A stretch of DNA of 62,418 bases, filler included, from Choristocarpus tenellus KU-1152 (Eukaryota > Protista > Phaeophyceae): NCBI GenBank assembly GCA_964200185.2. It is 12 parts of 12 records of this genome, joined end to end, with 100 filler letters (N's around TTAATTAATTAA, not from the genome) between each part and the next. Parts side by side here need not be neighbours in the genome. Positions count along the whole stretch, not along the records: positions 7,954 to 16,942 come from CAXNAD020004110.1; positions 17,043 to 22,216 come from CAXNAD020011615.1; positions 22,317 to 25,593 come from CAXNAD020021090.1; 9 more parts are not named here. One strand, written 5' to 3'. Of this stretch, positions 12,276 to 25,593 are shown piece after piece. The stretch's first letter is position 1. Each line of letters opens with the position of its first letter. Under the pieces are notes generated by a model. The model did not search any database. It saw nothing but the letters and a program-made list of their open reading frames with translations, and was not told the DNA's origin. The position numbers and the translations under genes are program-made.

Positions 12276-15200
12276 CTACTGTCAAACAAAGAGCTGCTTC
12301 TCTTTTGTTACATTCCACTCACCTGTAAGACAAAGCCATAGTCAATAGGTTAGTCAATAGGTTGGAATGCATCGTCAGACAGGGAAAAATTGCGTAGATG
12401 TCATGGTGTGCCATTTAGGTGTGCTAACGACTACCCCGTGCCTCGCCAAGTGCCGTTGAACTTGTGCCTTCAAGACACATTGGTCCCCTCCCTCAACCCC
12501 AACACCACAGACAAGAGAGAGCCTTTGAATAGTGCTGTGTAAAATCTGAATCTTGAGCATACCATTGGCCTCATTTATCTTCCAATCCCGGACCTAGGCA
12601 GACGAAGCACAGTACTGATCCACTCATGTAGAAACCCATGATTTGACCCATCCATGCACCCATACATTGGCTTGAGTTGATCTACGTGCTTGAACACATA
12701 TCCCAAGAGTAGACCCATTGATGAGTACTTGGCCACTAACTCAAGACTCAGTCTGTCATTGACCATCTCACCTTTTTCAACATTTTTGCCTCCCAGACCT
12801 TTTCTTTGTTCTCACTCTGTCTCTGGGCCTCAGCAAGCTGCGCTGCTGATTCTTTTTGATCCCTGTAAGGGCACTCTCGAGAAGAGCGAGGTCAAGACAA
12901 AAAGAAAAAAAATGTCAACATTTTACATATGTAAGGAGGCGAGCATGCCAAGTGGTACTGTTTGAGGGATTACTTGCAATGAACTTCAACACTGAGTGAG
13001 AACCCTTCTGAGAACCACCTACTTCGGAGTATGTGGTACTCTCAAGCCCTTCGGTTCAACCTCTACTTACATCAGGCTCAAAGTATCTGGGGGGGGGGGG
13101 GTTCTACACCAGGGTGTCCATTTGGGCCCTGACCAGGAAACGTGCACTTGCATTATCCATACGACACATGCAACCAAATCACCCAAGAATTGCAACATGG
13201 AAAAATTTGGCCTAAATGGACAGCCGCCACCCCCCACCAGATACTTTGAGCCTCAGGCGGAGAGAATGCTGCAAGGCATACTGAATACCTGAAAATTAGA
13301 GGTATAGTAGGATGGGAGTAATTGGCACTGTCAAGATTACACTCAGAGTTTATGAGCCTGACAGGATGAAACAAGATGAAGAAGCTACTTCTGAGAATGA
13401 TGGTCAGGTGATGTGCCCTATAATGTGAGGTTTAGTCAACATCAAACTAGTATGTGTTGCATTTATCTCAACCACGTAGAAAGTCCCAAGCCGCTCAACA
13501 GCTTGGACCATTTGAACATAGCTAGTTGTGTGTACGCAGTTGAAAGTCCAACGACCATCTCTAATCTTAACCTTACCTTTCCATTCGACCTACTAGAATG
13601 TCTCTATTCTGAGAGTAGTTATCATGCTGGCTAAGGAACCTTTGTCGTAATATCATGAGCTCCGCCCTGAGCTCTGCAGACATCTTGTTTGCCTCACCCA
13701 ACTGGGTGCTCATTGAACTGCTTGAGCAAGATAGGGAAGTATTGTGAGGGTACCAAAATAATATAAGAAAATAATATATGAAAATAAAATGTGAAAATAA
13801 TATATGAAAATAATATATGAAAATAATATATGAAAATAATATATGCACTGTTCGAGAGAAGGCAAGTGGATGTTACGCTCATGAAGGTGGAGTTTGGCTT
13901 GATGGAGTTCTCTGTTGGTATTATATTTAACTAGGATATTTCATTTTTTTGAAGTGGGATGATGGAAGGTTGGCTAAAGGTAACCTTGTGGGAAAGATGA
14001 AAGGTAGGCGATATTTTCCTGTACATGGCTGCATACTGTAGGTTTTGAAGGGAAAAAAATGCAATAGCAAGGCTTTGATGTCTGAACGGAAAAGCAGGAA
14101 AAACACAATAAATTCCAAAAGCTGAACAAAATGTAGTATCAACCATAAAACAAAGTAACAGTTTTGTTGCTCAATACAGGGGGGATGGGAAGTCTAGGAT
14201 CTCAATGCCTGCAATGTTACTATACAAGCTTGCCTTGCTCCCTTGGTTTCAAATCTTGCGCACTGACCAGTCTAGACGTCAACATAAACTTTGAAGGAAA
14301 GTGTATACCTGATTTTTTTGTTGAGGTTTGCAACTCTCTTGGTCTCTCGGGTCACAATTTCCAGCGTACCTCCACACGCAGAGCAGCCCTTAACCTGCAG
14401 GTATGCATCCTCAGGGGAGAACAGAGCTAGCACTGGTCGCATGTCCAAGCTAGGGATGGCATCTATGATCTGTGTACTTGGACCACCCTGCTCAGCGTAT
14501 TCCTGCAGGTAGAGGAGGATAGCTGATTAACCGTTTGGCGCTTGAAGCAAAATCTGAGTTCGAGGCCACTACTGTCATGCTCAACACGATGTACCTGTAG
14601 TGTACTGAATATTGATGAATGCGGAATATCTTTGTTGGGGGAATGGAACGTGAGGGAAGGTTGAGTAATTTCTCGCACCTGAATGTTTTCTACCGCAGTG
14701 TCTTTGCACAAGGAAGAAGATTTGTTGATTGGTAATGAGAAGTCGCTCACAAATGAAACCTGACCCCAAAGTATCTGGGGGGGGGGGGGCTGTCTACACC
14801 AGGGTGTCCATTTGGGTTAAAACCAGGAAAAGTGCACTTTCATTATCCATCCGACGTATGCAACCAAATAACCCAAAAATCGCGACATGAAAAAATTGGC
14901 TCCTACTGGACAGCCGCCCCCCCGCCCCCCAGATACTTTGAACCACCTTACCTTATCGGTCATACCACACTTTCGGATAAGCTCCTCCTTGATCATGACC
15001 ACATCGCGAACATACGCCTTGCGGATTTCATCGATGATTTGGCTTCTGCGTAGCAACTTGAGTCTTGAGGCTTCAAGTTCCTTCAGAAGTTCCTGAATAC
15101 GGTGCGTAGGTGAGAGCGACCAGGCAAATTATATAACAGAAAATACGACCTTGCCACGACCAGGTTATTTCCATCTTGGCACCAAATTTGATAGTAGTTC

Positions 15201-15699
15201 AACAAAACAGACAAAGCAAAGTCATATGGTCCCGCGTAGGGTTAGTTCGGGAAAGAATAGAGAAGACTTACTAAAGTTATAGATTATTTTGCCTGTGCGC
15301 TTTTTGCGTCTGCGACTTCTTGAGTGGCTTCTCTGGTTGCGTCCGCCGCATCCAGGTTTCCTACTTTGTTTGATGATCTAGTCTCATCCACGAGACTCAA
15401 ATCAAGATCGAAGCCAACGGGCCCGCCCCCGATTGAAAGTGTACCGCAGGGTCGACTGAGTCCGGGACCCACGGGACTTCTTGGTGCCTGGACATATTTT
15501 GGGATGGGTCCATGGTTGTGAGAGACATGTCCTCTACACTATTACAAAAGATGCGTTTGTCTGCAGGTACAATTTTGAGATCTGTTAGGCCCATTGTCAC
15601 CTCAGGGGAAAGTAGCGATCCAACAGAGCCCATACTGGATTCCGATCCATCGAATACGGATGGTGATCCCTTGGGGGACCGCTTGGGCGTCCGAGGCAT
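8958..15699 (-). CDS. Multi-exon coiled-coil protein of unknown function. Approximate exons 15699-15601, 15488-15293, 15092-14952, 14503-14309, ~13720-13577, 12864-12771, ~12120-11939, ~11240-11155, ~10112-9971, 9079-8958; 3' end unresolved
   Basis: Series of splice-bounded, E/K/R/L-rich open segments: ELLKELEASRLKLLRRSQIIDEIRKAYVRDVV, IPSLDMRPVLALFSPEDAYLQVKGCSACGGTLEIV, DQKESAAQLAEAQRQSENKEKVWEAKMLKK, LEAKVARLKVVIREEV, LRDENARLRDML. Some boundaries are approximate. Confidence 0.7.
9648..9826. mobile_element. ~180-bp MITE family A (TIR GGCTCAAAGTATCTGGGG...CCAGATACTTTGAGCC), TSD TAT
   Basis: Terminal inverted repeats, duplicated flanking TAT, and many dispersed near-identical copies in the window. 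Confidence 0.9.
12224..12268. repeat. (GT)n microsatellite
   Basis: Direct read. Confidence 0.95.
13075..13252. mobile_element. MITE family A copy, TSD TCA
   Basis: Nearly identical to 9648-9826; TCA on both sides. Confidence 0.9.
13757..13845. repeat. 13-bp minisatellite (GAAAATAATATAT)n
   Basis: Direct read, about 6-7 units. Confidence 0.9.
14762..14944. mobile_element. MITE family A copy, TSD ACCT, 7 nt inside an intron donor end
   Basis: Same internal sequence; ACCT at 14758-14761 and 14945-14948. Confidence 0.85.
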
Positions 15700-15850
15700 C
15701 GTCCTGGTTGTATCTCTGTGTCCCTGTCTCCTGTACTCTCGACAGCATAGCCGCCAATCCAGTTGCCTGTTTTGTGCCGTTTCGCCGTGAAGTACCATTT
15801 TGTACCGTTTCGAAGTGGGTGTACTCAAAGTTCACGCTCTTTAGAGCAGA

Positions 15851-16558
15851 ATGGGTGCAATGTCTGTTGAAGTGAACGATCTGGGAGGCGAGGCATCGAA
15901 GCACGGAAAGGTTGAGGATGGGATTACGAGAAGAGCACAAAGTTTGGCTCCAAGCTGCCCCTCTTTCATGAGCAACAAGACAGAGAAGCAAATATCTGTC
16001 ATGCTGGAACCAATATCACAAAACTGTGGAAATAGTAGACCTGTGTCAGCGGGACAGCTCGGGGCGAAAATACTTGGGCCACGCGTAAGAAGACCAGAAA
16101 CTGCACCTCGTGGACAAGAGAGAGACTGCATTTCCAGACAGCGGAGACGGCGGGCGGGTGGTCACCTTGCAAGGGAGTTGGACAACCGCCTCGATATCTT
16201 ACGGGAAAGCTCAAAAGAGAGGTGGGTTACATTGGTGACATTTTTTTTGCACTGACACCAATGTGATACTACGTTTGAATCCCGTAAGTCCTTTTCTTGC
16301 GAATGGGGTATCAGAGTTCAATAGTGAACAAGAGAAACACTGTAATCGAGACATGTCACTTTGATCCATTGGCACCCCTTCTCCCTTTCTTCCCTTACCA
16401 CCTGCAGGGAAGATCTCTTCCATAGGGTCGATGCCATACTCTCAGAGAGGAAACATCAAGTCTTCAGAGGAGTCAACTACGTACTACAAAGAGAAAATAG
16501 GAAAAGAACTCGAAAATCTGTTGCTTCTCTTCTGGCGGGGATTGATCCTTGTGATACG
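15851..16558 (+). CDS. 5' exons (15851-16221, 16408-16558) of an unknown protein, divergent from the coiled-coil gene
   Basis: Long ORF, then AG|GTGGGT donor and pyrimidine-rich CTGCAG acceptor in matching phase 2 (...RESSKER|EDLFHRVDAILSERKHQ...). Confidence 0.6.
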
Positions 16559-17120
16559 GTGACGTTGGGCAGTTTGTCTCTACTTGTCCATCCACACTGA
16601 GCGAAACCCTAAACCGGTCGGAAATACCTGTTTGCCTTTAAGTGCTTGAGAATAGTCAATGCTTGGACAAACTATCACCTCTCCCCGATTTTTTGTTGAG
16701 TATCACAAACTGTGGGTGACAAAAGTCCCATAGAGCTAAATGTAAATGACGTAGAGCACTGCTCCATTTTGGAATCATTATGATAGCAGTCACTATCTCT
16801 CGAAGAAAAGGTTGTGGAAATTTGTAACTACTGTTACCAATCACCTCAATATTGCCAACGAGGGTCGTTTGGGCAGGAGGATTTGCGAAAGTAGAGGTGG
16901 CATGTGAAGGTGTCCTTCACCCAAAGTATCTGGGGGGGGGGGNNNNNNNNNNNNNNNNNNNNNNNNNNNNNNNNNNNNNNNNNNNNTTAATTAATTAANN
17001 NNNNNNNNNNNNNNNNNNNNNNNNNNNNNNNNNNNNNNNNNNTGGTTTGGGATGGGGTCTTGTAAACCGGGTGCTTTGGCAGGCTTCAGCTTTTTTTTGA
17101 TTTGTTGTTTCGTAAGTCTT

Positions 17121-17151
<31 letters not shown>

Positions 17152-19184
17152 ATACGTCCTTGAGCTTCTCTTACCTTAGAAGGCTGTTGGGGGTCCCCCC
17201 CCATCCAATGTCCCCAACCCTATTTAGGGCTCACCCCAGAGACTCGAGTATGTAACATGTATGTATTAGTCTAGCACATTCTTAGTACCCCAATTCTTGG
17301 CTACCCATACACTCCTTCTATCTTGGACATTAGACTCCCCTTTATCTTTCATTTTTTTAATATATATATTTATTATTATTATCATTTTTATTTATTTATT
17401 TTTTAACAGTTTGAGATGGAATCCGTAACACTTAATGCTTTGACACCTTTTCGCTTGTTTTTATTACCAGTTTCATAGGTCTACCCCCCTCCCCTTTTTC
17501 TCTATGTTCTTGGACTTCTCTTACCTTGGAAAGGTTTGGGGATCACCTCCCTCCAATGTCTATGCCGTACCTATATTCTCAAGTTCACCTTCCCACCCCT
17601 AGTCAAGGATCAACCCATTGCTCCAACAATGGTCCTGCACCCTCCTCATCATTGTCTTGTATAATCTGATAGAAGCTAATCTGGATGGGTGCCGTAAGGA
17701 TTCAATCGTGTATTGGGCATGTATTAGTCTAGAACATTCGTAGATGCTAGTGAGTTGACCAGGACATGGGACCTTCATCACTACATTATGTACTTACAAT
17801 CATCAAGGTGTGCACTTTCCTGGTCTCATCTACGCAATTCGCATCTTCCGAAACTTTTTTTTTGTTAATATATAATTACATATCTTTTTCTTTTTTTTGC
17901 GGCCTGAATCTCTCTTCCCCTCCACCCCTTTTATTCACTTGGACTGATTATCCCACTAATATTAGGCACTGCCCCTTCTTTAATCACATAATCTCTGTCT
18001 AATAAAAGGTTTCGTTACTGGCCTCGTACCTTCCGCGCGTGACCCTTGTCTGGGATGGTCCCCCCTACATCATCCTACAATGCGCCCACGCTGTTCTATT
18101 TTTCTTGCCATATGGCTTGGGTTGGCCCATGTCAGCAGCGGAAAACAACCTGCGTCCTCTATCGCCGATCGATACTGACCTGATATCTGCCCCCGCTCTA
18201 CATTTCAGGCCATATTTAAACTGTATTTTACCAAATTGTCGCAGGTACACTACCTTTACCCTGACCTATTATCTTTTCTCTTTTTGTCTTGAACCCAACA
18301 GGATAAACATGTTAGTGACATAAATGGCGTACTCTACTATTCGTCCCCAACTACCCTTACACTGTCGCTCTACAACGACCCTCAACCTTTTTCCGTCCTG
18401 CTTTGTGTACCAACCTATATATTATTGTTTGTAACCTGCAGTATTAAACATGTACTCCCCTCTCTGCCACGACCATTACCGTCGGGATCGGCCCGATTCG
18501 TCATTTACGCGTTCATCCTGTTTTACTCCGCCGTAACATCGTGGTCCGTCCTTCGCACTTTCTTCTTCTATGGATTTCCCCGGGTACCCCTTCGATAGTG
18601 TCTGAATCTCTCACTTAATACACATGTCCTATTCCTGCCCAACAATTATCCACGATGTTTTTCATCGTCACTGTCATCACCCCCCTTACCTTGTGAGCTA
18701 TTCCCTACCATTTGTATATCTTGTCCTCACGACTCCCCGCCTTTTCCTCATGGCCCTTCCCTCTTTCGACTGTAGGGAAGATTGTTCGGGCTCTTTCTTG
18801 ATCCATTCCGACGAAAGCTTGCTCGGGGGTCCTCTTGATCTAGCCTTCCTCGTCTTGTCCCCCAGCCTCAGGTTTCCTCGTTCGATTCAATACTGTTCAT
18901 TCCTTCTCTCCTTGTGCCTACCTCCCTCTGCCACCTATTTTCTTAACCACTCAATCTTAACTCTTCGTTCCCTCCTTAATACTTATATTTATTTACTGTC
19001 CCCTTCCTTGCCTTGTGCCCCCAACCAACCAGAATTCTTCCGCCCACAAAACTCAGAATACTTTATAACTTTCCCTCTCTGTTTGCAATTCACCGATTCC
19101 CCTTTCCCTCCCCATTGTATCCCCACTTAAGACCATCCAGTGCGGCCTCTTCGCCAATGATTTCCTGTCCTCCCCACCCTTTAC

Positions 19185-19402
19185 GATGGTCAACCAATGC
19201 GAACCTCATTCACCACTGATCTCCAGCCAACGCCCACCTCTGATGACCAACCAGGGTGAACCCCCTTGGCCACTGGTTTCCAAGTTACCCCCCACATCAA
19301 ATGACCAACCAGTGTGAACCCCCTTCGTCACTGATTTCCAGTCACTTCCCACATCTGATGACCAACCAGTGCGACCCCTTCGCCACTGATTTCCAGTCAC
19401 CC
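19185..19402. repeat. About 4 tandem ~57-bp units (GATGACCAACCAGTGTGAACCCC...CACTGATTTCCAG)
   Basis: Visible diverged tandem units downstream of the recombinase relic. Confidence 0.8.
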
Positions 19403-19612
19403 CCCCCACCCTTCAACCCCACACAAGTTACCACTCCTTTCAACCCCACCCCAGTTACTACTCCACTCACCTCACACCACTCAACACCACTCTACAATCA
19501 TCCAAGAACACTCCTTCATCATCCACTTCATACCGTGCCTTTGAGCTAGAAGACATCTACCCCGCCCGAACTTGCCCTCCCCTCCCCCTTCGGGGTTAAG
19601 TTCCTTTCTATT

Positions 19613-20990
19613 TCATCCCTTTACCTCCTGTCCTAGTTGAACCCAATCCTTCCTACTCTCTGCCAGGCCCTTCGAAACCGACACTGGGTCTCTCTGGTTG
19701 GTCCTTCCATATACCATAAATGCACTCGACTTCCATCTCCCCTCCCTCTGTATTACTAACTCTGATACCCCCATGGTTGCCAATCTCGTGGCTCCCCCTA
19801 TCCTATCCGAATGCAAAGCATATTCCTCTGGTCTCAACTTGAGTTCCTTCACTATTCTCCTCAGGACATACGTCGCTTGTCCCCTTGCAATCACCCTCCA
19901 CTCTTTTCCCTGCCTATATGTCATCAGTGGGGCATCAGGGGGAGAGTTCTGGGAAGCATTCCATAATATCTACTACCACCTCAAAACCTCCCATGCTTTC
20001 TTCCCCCCCTTTCCCCTTCACTTTTTAAAGCTTGTCGACACTGCTCCCTTCCTGCCCTGATCTCCTTTCGACCCTGTAAATGTTTCCTCTACTTTTTATG
20101 CATGGTGTCTATCCTCCCACCTCAATCTTTCCACTTCCCACCTCCACACTACATCTCTCCTTCTTACTGCAAAATCTCCATATACTCCCCCACCTTCATC
20201 GTAAGCCCACAACTCTGATGCTCTTGCTAGGAAGAAAACGAGAAACCCAATCCTAGCCTCATCAATTCTCCCTCTATTCCTAACATTTCGATGCAATGCT
20301 TTGTCTCTACAACCATTTTCCATGTCAGGGGTCTCCTCCTCTTAGGCTCACTGCATATTTTTTTGTGGCTCCTCCCCATCCCTTTCAGGACTGGATGAAG
20401 GCTCAAAGTATCTGGGGGGGGGGGGGGAGCGACTGTCCATTTGGGGTCAATTTCTTCATGTCGCGATTTTTGGGTGATTTGGTTGCATACTTCGGATGCA
20501 TAATGTAAGTGCATTTTTCCTGTTTTTAGCTCAAATGGACATCCTAGTGTAGCCCCCCCCCCCCCTCCCCAAAACTTTGGGTTCGAAACATGAAGGGTTT
20601 GTTGGGAGGTTGGAAGTTAAGAAATCGTTTGTGGTAATACTGGATTACTGAAGTCTTACCCTTAACTGTGCTTACTTGGCTTCCCTTACTCCCGCAACAA
20701 AAACACATGAACTCCGCTAGAGCCTTCAGTACATCCAGTTCTCGACTCTTGGGGTCTAACCACCTACTCAATCCTCTATATGTACGGAACTCAGACCATT
20801 GGTCCCAACCTATCTCATCACACTTCTGAGTAGATGGCACAACCAATCCTCTAACGTACATGGCTGCAAGGCACTCATGTTACAGGCGAGTAGCGCGTGT
20901 ATTTCTTCCCGCGCTTTAACTGGCGCGAGCAGTATACACACGTGGGGAACCCCAAAAGGGGGAACTCCGATTTGCCTAGAAGTTGCAGAA
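19613..20990 (-). pseudogene. Tyrosine recombinase relic (DIRS/Ngaro-like retroelement or Crypton-like)
   Basis: N-terminal LAEFMCFCC..SQVSTVKGK, box I FFLARASEL, box II YALHSDRIGGAT...QREGRWKSSAFMVY. Contains stops, frameshifts and a MITE insertion. Confidence 0.85.
20400..20584. mobile_element. MITE family A copy inserted in the tyrosine recombinase relic, TSD GAA
   Basis: TIRs and internal sequence match family A; GAA duplicated. Confidence 0.85.
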
Positions 20991-22356
20991 TAAACTGTAA
21001 CTCGGCTAGTTGCAGAGGGTCACGGATGGATGGCCGGGAAGGGTTCTCAGATATATGCCAGTATTTGTAACCCTGAATAAACCCCAAACGGTAAATGATG
21101 ATTAGATTTCCAAAAAATGGCTCAAAGCGAGTCAGTTCTTCTGACCTAACAAGACCCACATAACTCACTCTCTATTCTGATACCAAACTTTATATACATT
21201 TCTTATACTGATTTATTCATTGAGAGTACCCCTGTTCTGCTGAGCTGACGTTCAATAATGTTTGAATTGGATTTGACTTGTACATCCTGGGAAGGTGAGC
21301 ATTGAGGGGCGCCTGTAACACTCAAACACATCATCTCCCCTTCCCGACTCAGGGGCTCCACTCCAGAACTTCCCTTGTTCATGCACAAAGACAGCCTGGA
21401 TGTCACTACCTACAACTTCAACACTTGCTTCCTCCCCGTGCAAAGATAGCATGGACATCGCTGCCTGTCCCTCTAACCCTCAACACCAACTACCTAACGT
21501 TTTGAACAAGATCATAAAACAAACACGTTTCCAAGATCTTCGATTTCTACTTCTTCTTCCGACGTAGGAAATCGACTCTTATCCAAGTGTTACATTTGTA
21601 GTCCTTCATAATCCTTTTATGTTGTATTCACTAGACGCATCTGGATATGTTTTGTGTTATTTATCTTTTCCCTCGAAGTACTGGAGTTTTTTTTCCTGAA
21701 CTCAACTTCTCATTTCTTTCAGTCTTGTAGTTCCCCTCTTCTGAACTGCCTTCTCTTTTGTTCAATGTTTTGGGTATGTTATTCTGCTCATAGCCGTACA
21801 TCATACTCCTTCACCACTGCTCCACTTCTTTCAGTTTGGGGAGGGTGCTAAAACATAGGCCACTCATTTGTTTGTTCCTTGATACAATACAGTTCCACCA
21901 GTGAACACTGACTGTTGATTGATCTGTTACGCACTGGCCTTTGCTGTCACTAGCTCATCATCAACACATCAATTACTGTCAGAATACCTTAGTACAGAAC
22001 AGTTGCTCTGCATTCTGCATAATAGGAATAGTATTTTTATTATATGCCCTCTGACATTTTGCAGATGTGTCAGGGGGGAAACAAATGAAAACTATACATA
22101 TGTCGTTATTAGCCCTAAAGAAATGAATATCCTAAACATAATAACACTATAAAACATTGTAAGTGTGGAAACCACTAATCTGTCAGTTACTGCACCACTA
22201 TCAAATATTGTACTACNNNNNNNNNNNNNNNNNNNNNNNNNNNNNNNNNNNNNNNNNNNNTTAATTAATTAANNNNNNNNNNNNNNNNNNNNNNNNNNNN
22301 NNNNNNNNNNNNNNNNCCAAATGGAAGAGACCCTACCCTCTAAGATACTTTGGCTC

Positions 22357-25300
22357 TGAATTTAGCCACTATATCTAGTCATTCCTCTTGTTCAGACAGT
22401 GTCAGTTGAGTATTTGTAAAAGCCTTCTTAGAAAAAACCAACTTCAATTCTTCCCTAGCCTGTTTCAGCTCTTCAGGGGTAGATGGTGTGGCTGCAACTG
22501 CACTTACTGTGGTGTCTGACAAGGTAAATGTTTTTTGATACAGGAGAAACATGACCAACTACAAACTCAGCTGGTAACTTGATCCCTTTTTGTGAAAAAT
22601 TGGCAATTTTGACTAGACATCCTCCATCTTCTTCCCAAACAGTGAGGGTAAGACTGACCATTATGTGTTGCCAGTGGGGATGTATGTCGTCCTCATACTG
22701 GAGGTCTGTACCAGTGTAAATGATAGGTTCCACTACTTCATCGGTAGCTGCTCCTCGAAGTGCCTGAGAACAAACTGGAACAAGCGTTTCCGTGCCAGGG
22801 GGAAGGAATATATTTTTTACTGTGTACACTGGTGTATTGAATTCAGATGTAATTACTGAAATTGAACATGAGATGCATTTTCTGTCTGGCAAAAATCTTT
22901 GGGGGGGAACAGATGGGAAGGGGTACGATTTTGTGTTTTGCTGGAATGCATTGATCACTGTCTTTAAATGACATCTCCTCTCTATCCCAATCTAGCACTG
23001 CCCCAAATGCTAACATAATGCTGTTATCCTACAAAATTTTATCTACTCCCAGATTAGGTATGACCACTGCTTGGACAGGCATTGATATGTCACCAAGTTG
23101 TATTATAAATTGAATGAAACCAGTTACAGAGAGAGGGATACCACCTGCTCCTTTTAAATTCAGAGCGTCTGCTGGAATCTCCCGAATGGGTGCCTTGCAA
23201 ATTGTTCGGTGGGCTTCAATGTATCTGAGAGATATTACTGGAATGTGAGTAGCAGTATCAACAGTAATGCTCATTAAAGGTTCATTTTCAACATACCCAG
23301 GAATTCTTACGCGGCGAGATGAAACATTGAGCACGCGAGGGGAGTTTGAATAGTGTTGGATTGCTGATGTGTGCCAACAATATGATAAGGTGGAACAACA
23401 CATTTGAGATGTAACAGACATGTCGCCCCCATCCAAAATTGGTTGTGGGGAAAAAGAAAGAGCAGATGCAACAGTTGTTACATGTCCTGCTTGTGGCAAC
23501 TTTTGGTGTGCTGACCTTGAATGTTTACAGTGTCGGGTCTTATTTGCTCTCTCTACTACATCTGAGGCTGCCCTACACAACAAATCCCTATTTTCTTCTT
23601 GGACTCTTATCCCTACAGTGTCCTGGGAACCAGATTCTGCAAAGCACCCCTATTTCTGCCCGATCCTAGTTCGTTTCTCACCAGGTTCAGGGTGATCTTG
23701 ATAGTCCTTTGAATTCGACTGCAACTGCTGTGAAGACTCTGTCAAGCGTGCTGTGATGGCCAATACCAACTGGTCGAATGACTTGTTCGAACCTTGGGGT
23801 CGGCGGTCTCTTCTGGCCAGACGTTCGCGGGTTGTCCTTAAGGTGTGATAATGGTTGCCCTCAGGATTGTACCAACAGTTGTCCTTCGTATGTCCCCGCC
23901 GTGATCTTGCGTTACACCCTTCGAATTGGCATACTGGGTGGGTATCAGTGGGCTCGGGGAAGGTTTGGGAAAAGTTCGCGAGGTTTTGTCTGGGCCTTTT
24001 GTTCGTCGTTTTGCTTTGAGGTGGCGGATTTCGGCATTTGCCCTCTCGAGATCGTTTGCAAGGGTCTTTGCAACTGTCAACAACGGGGCAAGGTCAGATG
24101 GTCGTAAGTCCGTTGGGTGTAAATTCCCCAAGTTATCAACAGATATACTAGAGGTCACCACATTAGCGAACGATTCTCTGTCCAAGCTCGACATTGCAGA
24201 TGCTTGACCAACCGTTGCGTCAACTAGTGTCGCGAAATTCTCGTAACGCTGAGGATTCGATCGCAAAACTCCTAGAATAGCAGGCAGAACACCGACGTTG
24301 AATGTGCAGTATTGGAGTCTGTCCCTCAGAAGGGAAATCAGGGCTGTGGGGGTCAGGTCAACAGGATCGAGGTCACCTCTGCCATGTGGGTGGACTCTCA
24401 ACTCACGTACAAAGGAATCGATTGACTCAATTACCTGTCTTGCAAATGCCCGAACATCCTCCTTCGGTTCCTGCCGAATATCAATCAAATCGCGAAACGT
24501 TCGATCTAGCGGATTTGGTACAGAAAATTATTTCAGACTTGCCGCAACAAATTCCTCCCAAGAGGCTACATTCAATGTTTCATAAAACGATCGAACTCTT
24601 GCTTGGGCGGGACTGGTACATCTAGGAATCTGATGAACAGGCGCATGCACATATCTCCAAGAATTTGTTCGTATGTGGGAATTTGGCTTGCTTCTAACGA
24701 CGATTTATTCACCATTGCAATAGCGCCTAATCGATTTTTGAAAATCATGAGCAACTTTCCGAAATTGGCTACGGGGAGACAACCTTGTTCCTGCACGTCC
24801 CAAAAACGCATGGGGGGTAAGTCTTTATGTGAAGGATACTTCACAATCAAGGGGTTACCGTGGGGTGATCAGAGACAGGTGGGTTGTTTGCATCTGCACA
24901 CATCTTACTCATCTTCATGTTTAATGTCTGCATTGCCCCAGCCACCAAAACCTTGGTCGTGTGGAGTCCCCTCCGTAGCTTCATCCACGATCTTCTTGGC
25001 GTAGACAAGCTGGCGACTTATGCACGCGTGGATATCGAACGTCACCTCCACACTGTCTTCGACTTGCTCTTCTTAGTCTTCACCCAGCACGCTGAACCGG
25101 TTCAGGCCCGGATTACAGGCAGGGCCTTCCCTCAGCCTCTGCGCCGCCACCCCTTCCTGCTCCAGCGAGCTACCAGGGATGCCTCTGTCTACCGAAATAG
25201 ACGCAGGACTCGGTTGACGTTGGGTGTTTATACTACCCCCCTCATTACCTCCTTCGGTTGTTGGCGTTGCATGGGTCGCCTTCTTCTTCCCCTTGCGAGT

Positions 25301-25593
25301 TGTGGACTTCTCTTTGGTATTGCTGCTGGTGTGTGACGTTGCAGCAGGTGTGGGGGTAGTAGTGTCCGACATAACATGGCGTGAGTTAGCTCCTCTTGAA
25401 CCCCCGGCGTGAGTACCACTGTGAAAGTGTCAAAAGGTGCCAAGTTCTCTGCTCAGGGAGGCAATCACAATCACCGGAATGAAACTCTTTTACCTCAGAG
25501 GGTGAGACCGAGTTACAAGGTTGTTAAAGAAACTGGTGTTCCCAAGACTTGTGTGTGTAAATAACTCGATTATTTCCTCATTATGTAGAACAG
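22357..25593 (-). mobile_element. Ty3/gypsy-like LTR retrotransposon 5' part: partial 5' LTR 25420-25593, PBS 25401-25418, degraded gag (~25372-23600), aspartic protease (~23300-22980)
   Basis: Minus strand reads ...CA-G-TGGTACTCACGCCGGGGG (LTR end plus tRNA-like PBS). Gag ATG at 25372. Protease ITVDTATHIPVIS...LKGAGGIPLSVTG...VDKIL. Truncated by a family B end before RT. Confidence 0.8.

Noticed and set aside
19185-19402. CRISPR-like array
   Set aside because: Whole units are homologous with no unique spacers, there are no cas genes, and the context is eukaryotic.
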